A DNA stretch of 33,000 nt. It comes from Ylistrum balloti. Taxonomy: Eukaryota. The position numbers and the translations under genes were made by a program. Below the pieces are notes generated by a model. It saw only the letters and a list, made by a program, of their open reading frames with translations, made no database searches and was not told the origin of the DNA. Where the stretch lies: positions 1,457,001-1,490,000 of the forward strand of contig NW_026782401.1 of NCBI RefSeq assembly GCF_031769215.1, written 5' to 3'. Positions 23,775-33,000 of the stretch are shown here, one piece after another; within the stretch, counting starts at the first letter, position 1; the number at the start of each line of letters is the position of its first letter.

Positions 23775-24304
23775 TGATTTATAGGCTGATGACAGTGCAC
23801 ACGTCACTCTTTCCCTTCTGATAATCCTACCGCTACTCGTGTCAGAAGATATAGCCCAATTTTAAATAGCAATTTCCCGGGTTTTGTAGATTTCCTCTGT
23901 ACCGAGTGGCTTATCTGAATCTGACTAAAGCTTTACTATTAGATAAGCGACTTCTGTCGATAATTCAATATATAATTAGGTATGAATCCTTAATAAGACA
24001 GATTATCTTTAATCCAAGGTTTTATTAGTGACAGGTGCCTGTGTGTTGACGTAAGCCATCATCAACAGCATAAAGATTGTCATCTTACAGTTACGAAACA
24101 GCAAATCAAAATTCACACAATTTTGTCTGATTCTAATATATCGTCCATGGGTTTATCAGAAATGGGTTGAAACTATTAATTCAGTCTAATATATAGTCCG
24201 TCATATCTGTACGAAACATGATTTTTCTTTTTATTAGTAAGAAATGGTGTGTTAGCTTAAATACTAGAAAACATGGCTGACTATTTCATGATTCTTATAC
24301 AAAT

Positions 24305-24486
24305 TACAAAAGTATTGTTTTCTGTGGTTCCAATTTTCGCAGTTTTGATCTATTTTCGCAGAAGTCATGAAATTAACTTTTGCCCGCTCATAAATGATAA
24401 TTTTAGTGCATAAATATTGCGCGGTTTGATTCCATTCTGGAAAATCGCGAAAACATAAGCCCTTGAAAATAAGAACATTTACTGTA
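24305..24486. mobile_element. Degenerate MITE (~182 bp) bounded by TA
   Basis: The left end TACAAAAGTATTGTTTTCTGTGG aligns imperfectly to the reverse complement of the right end (TACAGTAAATGTTCTTATTTTCAAGGG). Inverted subterminal motifs: TTTTCGCA twice (24334, 24353) and CGCGAAAA (24446). Confidence 0.5.
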
Positions 24487-25392
24487 TCGCTTCTATTGAT
24501 CTGGAATTGATGACGTAAAACTGCCAATTGAGAATTATTTTTGCTGACTTTTATTCATATGATCAAATTCCTTTTACATTCCTAATAAGGTATGAACAAC
24601 AGGTTTAGAAATGGACACGATACCTGACATTGTAGCAAATAGTATGTGACACCAAGTATACCAAGAAACATTGTGACTATTGTTTTAAAACCATATATAG
24701 TATTTAATAATTGCAAAGCAAATTTGTCTGTCATAAAGAGAATGAGAGAAGCGATTCTTCGGGTATGATTACAAGAATCGCTCGCAAAGTGTAATACGGT
24801 TTATCCAATGGGAAGTCATTGGTTATTTGCAGTTGATGGTATATTGTTAAATTTGTGGTATGAAGCATGCTTTAACGATAATAGTCGTTACAAATGACAT
24901 TGGGACCCCGGAATGAACATTGGGTTTACCTTGAACATTGCTTTCTAAGAAGAGTTTAGGTACATACAAATAAGGACAACATTGGCGAACATTGATTAGT
25001 GTGATTAATCCGAAAAGCATATAAAGCATTTTAATGTGTCCTATCGAACTAGACAGATAAACAGTGATTTTAGAAATGCAGGTTGGGGAAGTGTTTGAGG
25101 AAGGTTTTTTTTTTCTGTTTGTAACTATGACCTCATGTGGAGCTATTGCAATACGATGGTTTCACTGTTGTTAACATGTTGTTCGTTTGATAACTCGACC
25201 TGACCTCGTTTTACCTCCTTTGGCACTTTCAGAATATACACATTCACCTGAAGTTCGTATAAAATGTTTTAATATTGAAAAATATGACATTCAATTCTTG
25301 GGTTATTGCACCTACCCGTCGTGTATATATATTTATTTCGACATATTTTCATTTCCCTCGGTCTTCTATGTTTTATCAATATAGGCCTTTCA

Positions 25393-25435
25393 GCATCACT
25401 GACGAGTCCTAACACAAGAATGCCAATGAATGATG
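25393..25435 (+). ncRNA. Degenerate hammerhead-ribozyme-like motif (copy C)
   Basis: GCATCA-CTGACGA-GTCC is intact (25393-25409) and a stem I partner TGATG lies at 25431-25435. The 3' arm of stem II and GAAA are decayed. Upstream similarity to copy B starts at TCTTCTA (25362 vs 8691). Confidence 0.5.
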
Positions 25436-26926
25436 TGCAGTTTATTTCATATGTGACAATTGGCTGTATACGATTGGATTTGTACCGAAAGGTGGATGTA
25501 TTTCTTAGTACACAAATACATCATTTACAATGCAGAGGAGAAAACACTCTCCTCCCCGTAAAACAGCTTATTGCCTCTAAATGTTTTTAACTATCTTCAT
25601 GTAAATCTTATTTCGTTTTGTATATTTTGCTAACGTTCCATCGAGATTTAAGTTTGATTAAAGGTTTTGTTAAGATGCTGGTGTTGACCTTTTAATTTTG
25701 TGTGATATATACCGGATGTAACTGCATATATACTTGATTACTTGATAATATTTATAATACATGTTATTGATGTACTTGATATTATTTAGAATAAAATATA
25801 CTAATATCGATAGTAATTTTTACCTATTGGAATAAAAAAGGATTTGTAAAATCAAATAGAAAACATCAGGTTCCAGAACTCTCGATTAACTTTTGAGAAA
25901 CAGTCTATATTATCCTATGATGTATTTATTTGTGGCGGGAATTTGTATCGAACGCATACCCAAACAATTTGTCCCCAGCGCACATGTATCAAATAAATAG
26001 AAATGTTATCTCATTCATTTAAGACAATAACTTGCACGTTTTTATATGTAGAGATAAATATTGATGTTTAAAAAAACTAATCGTTTAAGCTTTATCCATT
26101 CGGACATTTTTAGTACAGTATTGGTGATAAAATGGAGATACAAAATGTACTATTATCATTTCATTACAATATATGATATAAATACATAGTATTTGCTATT
26201 AGACATGAACTACCATGTGTCAGCAAAATTTGAAATGACTGGCTCGTAATCTCGTGGAATACAGGTGAAGCGGCATAACTTAACATATTACGTGTTAATT
26301 TATAATTTCAGACGGCTTGGCTTATTCTGAGTCTTTTAGATGACCAGAACTCACACCAGCGGACCCAGCGTTACCATGGTTGACCATTCAGGAATTGTGG
26401 AACACTCAGCAACATCCAGGATATGGTACAAGGATACATCAGATATATAGTGTGTAAAGGTATCTCTTGATTTTTTCACACCGAAGCAATTCTGATGCTC
26501 CGTAGTCCCTTCCTCATGCAGTATATTTGGTAAACACCACTTCATATCATTTAGACCTTTACCTCTGATTTTTAAATGAGGTGCATCTCTTTATTCATAC
26601 TAGTGAAGAGACATGTTATATAAAGACCGCTGAACGCTTTAAATATATCTTCACTTCAATATATAGTTCCTTCCAACGATGATATTTTGAAGACGACAAA
26701 GGTAATTAAGAGAGTTACACTTTGCAAATGTGGTGATGTTCTATGTCAGAATGAAATATTAACGATCCTGATAATTAACCGAAAACAAGAAGATATGACA
26801 GGCTGTATCTGGCTTACATTTACACAATATAATATTCATATGAAATGAAAACGATGTAAATTTCCATTAATATTTATTGTTACATCAATGCATTTGTTGA
26901 TTTAAAGAATATATTGTATTTCCAAG

Positions 26927-27253
26927 AATACGACCGTCTTCAAGAGAAGGCATTAATGATTGCTACGGTAAAAGCAGGAATGGCACGATACCCTAAAGGT
27001 AGGTCATATGATAAGTCTGAATCAGAATATCCGTCTCATATACTCAACAAAAAAATTAATTTTGATCTTAATTTAGGATGGTGATTTTAGAGAATGAGTA
27101 TTGGTATGTACTAATCAATAACTGACAGACATTTGGTTCACAATTTATCTATTTTATGACCTTGTTGCAGTTGATGAATCAATTCAAACAAATGATAAAG
27201 TTCTTGATGTTGATCGTCCAGTGTTAAATACCAAAAGTCTATACTGTAGTTAG
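26927..27253 (+). pseudogene. Three candidate spliced exons (26927-26998, 27077-27103, 27171-27253) of an unidentified, possibly disabled gene
   Basis: GT-AG boundaries (GTAGGT...TTAATTTAG, 78 bp; GTATGT...CTTGTTGCAG, 67 bp), all phase 1. Joined translation: (E)YDRLQEKALMIATVKAGMARYPK-GW*F*RMSI-VDESIQTNDKVLDVDRPVLNTKSLYCS*. The middle exon carries two stops. Confidence 0.4.
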
Positions 27254-27514
27254 CAGAGAAATGAAGGAGGATCTAATAGCAGAATACCAATAGATTCATT
27301 TCCGAAAAAAAACATTATTCAGTTGTGCATGTACATGCCTCCATTGCAATAATACAAAGGCATAAACGACGGAATGTAATTTCTTCGATGACGTCTTGGG
27401 TGGTTTCGAAGGGATCCGAAACATTCCTATTCCGCAACAAGAGCTATACTTATGTCAACATACATTTATTATTGTTTACTTTGACCTTGTTTTGCACGTG
27501 AATTTCTTGCATAG

Positions 27515-27737
27515 TTACGTAATCGGGTACCACCTTCAGCAATGCATGCTGTCATACAGATAAATTTATGTCTATCTCCAAATCGCGATGATGCCTCGAT
27601 GCCACAAAGTAATCTAAGATCACAGAGTCGTTCGGATACCTACTCGTATCAGACCAGTCGCGGCAGGCCGATTTCATTTTGATATACCGCAACGCTTTAC
27701 GTAACTCCTAGGAAGCTGCTATCTTCAGTAGATACTG
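27515..27737 (+). pseudogene. Candidate exon with one in-frame stop
   Basis: Acceptor TTTCTTGCATAG, donor CTG|GTAATG. 74 codons (LRNRVPPSAMHAVIQINLCLSPNRDDASMPQSNLRSQSRSDTYSYQTSRGRPISF*YTATLYVTPRKLLSSVDT) with TGA at 27680-27682. Confidence 0.25.
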
Positions 27738-28143
27738 GTAATGTATTTTCATGTGTGTGAGGTTCTTAAGAATCCATTAAAGTAATGAGTATAGGACACA
27801 TGGGCTAATTGTAATGTTTCTTTTCATGTATTTATAATTTGACAATAATTCTCTGCAACGTAGAATATAAAGACCGTGTGCATGGCGTACAACTTCTAAA
27901 GACTACACCAATCACAAGATACATACACTATCTAAATAGATATATTTATACGCTATCTATATAGATATATTTGATTGTGTCCAATTTAAAAATTGATCAT
28001 ATGTCGCACTGGGCAACATTGAAATATACAACTTATAGGAGATAATTGTTGTATTTAGGATATATCGTATAATAAGTTTGTCTTTTATCAGTGTTATGAT
28101 TGCAATGTTTCAAGAATTGTCCCCAAAACACCCGAGGTATTTT

Positions 28144-28159
28144 CTCTCTCTCTCTCTCT
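28144..28159. repeat. (CT)8 microsatellite
   Basis: Perfect CT run read directly. Confidence 0.9.
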
Positions 28160-30332
28160 TTTTTATAATGATTGATGGTACAAGTAATAATTATATCATG
28201 TGGGTCCTATATATCACAGCATCTGACCTTGGGATATATGAAACCATCTGATGTTTGCGTATCATAAAAATTCTCCCAAGGGTTACCTAGTTTATATCAT
28301 TACGTAATATCTGTGTTTATCATTAAGCTGAGTTGTGATACTAATCACTCAAACACACAGTAAATTACATCCTGAGCCAAATTATCTATGAACTGCCATT
28401 AATGTTTGCGTTTATCCTGAAATCTTTATACTTGAACTAATTTCGCGAAGATTAAAAAATTTGTCTGGATCTCACTCTATCGTGCAATCTATTTCATTTT
28501 GCATTTTTTGCAGTTATTCTATTTTTATTCAACTCCGTGATTTAATTAAATCATTTTATAGTGCTTAATGGTTTCATAAGCGGGGCAAAGATCTCCAGGG
28601 TTAGTTCCCTTTAATTTACTGTTTTGAGGTGAGCTCATGCTATTCAAAAATCGATAATGCAAGGTGATATGTATGTTACATATAAACTAAAATCGACGAA
28701 TTGACTTATACCCCATTACTTCAGAACTCCCGAGTTGAGGCAATGTCTGCTAAAGATTAAAATGTAGTTTCTAAATCACACGTTCATAATGTGATCTTTA
28801 ATCATCTGTAAAGCTGTATACACAGCAGCAAAGCGGGATTGTACATAGCAGTAGGCTTATAATTACATGTGTGATATTGTTGTAATTTTGTAAACATTTA
28901 TTGCATTTCGTCTGCTCTGGCTACTGTGTTATTTTATCTACATTGACTACAAGATCGTGTCAATAAAAATCATCGAAAATTGTAAAAGGAATTATAACAT
29001 AACTCTAAATACATTTACCTTTATTGTTTGTATGGGAATTATATTGCTATGTTTTAAACCTGTTTTACTATGTTTAGCACCGCTACGCCTAGAGTTCTTT
29101 CATCATTAGAGATCGAAACAGCTTTATGATGCAGTTTCATCCAATTTCAGTTTATAATACATATCATTTAAAGATGATATTCACATAACATGAACTATGT
29201 ACAACGTATTCATTTGTCTTTTTTCTCCTATTCAATTTCTTCTTGAAAACACATTGGGATTTTACAATATTACCTGCTAACCTATTTCCGTTCGAGACTT
29301 TAAAATTGTAAACCACATGTGGACAATCCAAATGTTCACCATAAACGCACCCAGAAGCTTACATTTCTAATTGTTAATTTGCTTCAACTGTATTGCCTAT
29401 GGAATATTGGATTCATATGCGGGTACTTCTTTTCCTTATGTTTCTTCGACGATGTTATCTTTAAAGGTAGACTCTTTATTCTTACATTGGTCTACTTAAT
29501 AAATCGTATTGGTCACGTAGACGACCGCAAAACATATTCCCTAAATCAGATCCATTTAGCCCCATTTTGACTATGGATGCGAGTACAAAGGTGCAACATT
29601 ATGATTCCTTATTCTTCCAGTAGAACGCCGTCTTGGTGATTCAATTATAAAGATCTAATTCTGGATATAGCAGAGTTCCGATGCCAATGTCATATGCATT
29701 AACCCTGCAAATTTTGAATGATTATAACTGCAAACATAACTGCAATCTATGTGTTGGCAATTCCGTGAATTGTTTACATCTGTAATCGATTGCTGAAGTT
29801 CGAAACAACGGAGAGGTAAATGCAAACAGCTTTAATTCGAAATAAGTTCCTTCAAGATCTTCCAAGTGCAGATGGCACAGCTAAACAACATCGTTTTTTT
29901 TCAAATATTTATCCTTTTTTTTTTTTACATTGTCACCAAGTGCAGAAATATGTGTTGTCGTGGGAGAAACCCTTAGACTTTAAAGCAGGGGATGAAATGT
30001 CACTGAGGAAAAAACTCCCAACACGTTGTATTAATTAAAAAATAGAGAACTTGATTTAAAAGTTTTTCTTTTTGTAAAGAAACACTGCCTTTTAACGATA
30101 AATTATTACCATAAAACACCCAGTGTGGTCATAATGCTAAGTTTCGAAAACAAAATCAGTACAACATGCAGCTTCGACACTATGTGAATCAGGTTTTGTC
30201 GTTTTTGTAATGTGTCAAAACTTTATGTGAATGCTCTGTGAAACGAAATATATTCAAATTAGTAACAGTCTAAATCTGTTTGAAACCTTTATGTTAGCAA
30301 GGTCTTTTTTTCTTCGTCTTCTTGTTTCGCAG

Positions 30333-30374
30333 AAATTGTCCAAAAGAGAGAAAATTCGGTCGGCGATTGGCTAA
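30333..30374 (+). other. Strong splice acceptor with a possible short terminal exon
   Basis: A ~28-nt pyrimidine-rich tract ends in TTTCGCAG (30303-30332). Phase 0 gives KLSKREKIRSAIG*; the other phases also stop within ~100 bp. Reading frame and parent gene unknown. Confidence 0.3.
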
Positions 30375-33000
30375 CTTTCCAATGATTATTTCTATATATC
30401 TATATCTGCAGCGAAAGCTAGATAGCTAGTTTGAAAAACAAAATATTTGAATAAGATATTGTAAGTGACTGTTAGATAAACAAAATGTAAAAATAAGATA
30501 TTGTAAATGATTTTATGTATGAAGCACACAATAATACTGAGGTTATTTACGCAAGGTGACAGCGTCCATCGTTACACATGCACAAGGAATGCACAAGAAG
30601 GTCGCCTGTCATTGTAATGGAAATCATACGTCATTTGAATGAATATTTGTTTGATTGGTTTTATACCATTGAAGCCACAAGCATGATCCATTCTGTATAA
30701 TTATCATTAATATTAGAATTCATACATAGCGAAAACATTTAATCCGCATGTAAAATCATGTTATAGAGATAGGCCTAGACAGATATTCTATTGTGAAAGT
30801 GAAACATTTGGATATTCACCAAGATTTAACGGCCCCTTCATCACAGCAAACATTCCTTTACACAGATTACAAATGTAAATATGAATAAGGCTGCATTTTT
30901 GTGCACTGTTGCTCACGTCATAATTGCTATTTGACAAGCGGATACTGTCCATTTATTGTTCAATATGACGTGATTTAAAGTGTTATGTGTCGCAAAAACG
31001 CCTCACGCAAAAAGTAAGAGCTCTTCAAATATGCTTTGTTATCAAACCTAAACTCCATTGCCTTTTACGCAGGTACAAATTATGAACACAAATTACAAAT
31101 AAATAATTAAACTTTGTACAAAATGTTAATGAGCTAAGATCTGTGAAAGTCTCTCGCTAATATTGTCATTAGAAAATTGCTAATTTAATTGTTTCTTTTT
31201 TTAAATGATTATCATTGTATCGTTGTAGTAAGGTTGTTGCAATTTATTTGGATTTTACATACGTGTAAGATTCTTAAGTAAATACAATGTAGAGAGAACA
31301 ATTTGTAAGTCTTTTCAAAGACTTATTCATGCGTCCAAAAGAGGAAAACGATATCTTCTGGACATTCTTGCTTCTGTAAATTTGTCTTAATAATATATAG
31401 TTATGATAATGATAACAATGGATTTTATTGCATTTTGGGGACAAAAGAGAAAATCGGCTGTGATTGTAACAACGCAGACATAATTCAGTTTTAGAAGTTT
31501 AAAAGCAAATGATATACATAACGACCACACAATACAAATTAACAATAGTATGCTGTACTGATTATATTGCTATAATGATGTCTAATTATTTATAAGAAGT
31601 TTTAAAGGAATATATACATTACTTGATTTAACTGAACATCCGTAATAGATTGATATTTCCCTCGACACATAAAAGTAAGCTTACTGCGATAGAACACGGT
31701 CAGAATAATTTGATTTGTTAGCACATCATATTGTAAACATTCACTATAAATAGAAATGACTGTACACCTATATAGCAAATTGACCCCCCCCTTTAGAAGA
31801 TGTTCTAATATATGTATTTTGTTAGGGATACTAGTTTACTAATCTATAACTTGTATAATTCAGACGTAACATCTAGGACTTTCTAAACATCATGAAACAG
31901 CTACAAATATAAGTTTGGTAAATCATCTATAAATGTTAAGTTAGTTTTGATGTTCCCTTTTCTCAGATAAGGGTTTCATGTGTTATTGAAAACTTCATTA
32001 AGGAGTTTTCTAGAATCTACTTTATAAAAGTCGTTTTATTAAGAACTCAAATATCTGATTAGTCCAACTTATTAAAGGTTATATCGGAAGTGACTGCTTT
32101 TATTATTTAGATTTCAACTCTACTAAACTTCTACTCATTTTGGTGGCTATCATCATTTATACAGTTTCATGATTTTTAAGATTTTTCCATGTATTATTTT
32201 AAAAAAAATATTTTGAAATTCAAGTATACGATAACACTACCGGTATAACATACCAAGGCAAGACTTGATGAATGCAAAAAAAAAAACAACATATTTAACA
32301 TTTTAAAGGCTAATCTAATATGAGAAAAACCTCACCAATTCATTCAGTCTCTTTTCATCAAAAAGTCGTAAACCGGTATTCACATATTTTATAAGACACC
32401 ATTTCGTGCCTTCTTCGAGACAATGTTGAATGTTTTAACTTTAAAAACCACGTTGAATAATTGACAACCATTGGCACTGTTCTTGAGTTTCCTGTAAGAT
32501 TTTACGTGTTTTTGTTCAACTTTCTACATTCATTTTTTATCCTGATGTGTGCTTAATATTCATTCAAGTGACTTCTATTGGATTTCGCCTTTTCCCAGGT
32601 CTACCGAAGATTTTATTACTTTCTACAGAGTACACTTGCACTTTTATATATCAAGATGGTAAAGATAATTTATATATTCATTTGTGCCCCAAATACCCTT
32701 TATCGTATCCGAAAAGTACAATCGAAATGTTGTATATTCATTGGTTTAAATGGCGATATAACTTATTGTGATTCCACACAATGTATAATTGTTGTATTTA
32801 TTTGACGGATATATTGTAGATCTAGTATGTATATACAATCCCTACATCGTGTAGTTTGATCGTTCACAGGATTATGGTACTTGTTGTTTGTGATTGAAGT
32901 CTAGCATGTTCACATTTGCTCTTTGTAAAGATGTGGCATGAAATAAGGATAGTGAGTGAAAGAATGCTCACAATTTAACAAAAAGCATTTGAGTAATTTA

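Noticed and set aside
24264-24527. 87-aa ORF as a gene
   Set aside because: It overlaps the degenerate MITE and has no recognisable domain.
29946-30038. LDFKAGDEM as an SH3-domain fragment
   Set aside because: Only a 5-residue match; the ALYDY and WW motifs are missing.

Overview
AT-rich (roughly one-third GC by eye) eukaryotic DNA that is mostly non-coding. The repeat content suggests a bivalve mollusc, probably an oyster relative; this is inference. I see no intact identifiable protein-coding gene, tRNA/rRNA or CRISPR array. The supplied ORF track is mostly chance ORFs, and its four longest entries come from a stop-free 48-bp minisatellite. Well supported: two minisatellites with internal higher-order structure (48-bp unit at ~14.1-15.3 kb; 31-bp unit at ~16.4-17.3 kb), (TA)n and (CT)n microsatellites, a 261-bp MITE with 12-bp TIRs and a TAC target-site duplication, a degenerate TA-flanked MITE, and a pearl/HINE-like satellite-carrying element. 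The most interesting signal is three related dispersed repeats (1-54 minus, ~8.69-8.76 kb, ~25.36-25.44 kb). Each keeps a different part of a minimal type I hammerhead ribozyme, and together they reconstruct a complete core, as found in Penelope-like elements and retrozymes. Weaker signals are a decayed tandem B-box (TRIM-like) coding relic at ~2.65-2.9 kb and a cluster of spliceable, phase-compatible exon candidates with premature stops at ~26.9-27.7 kb.
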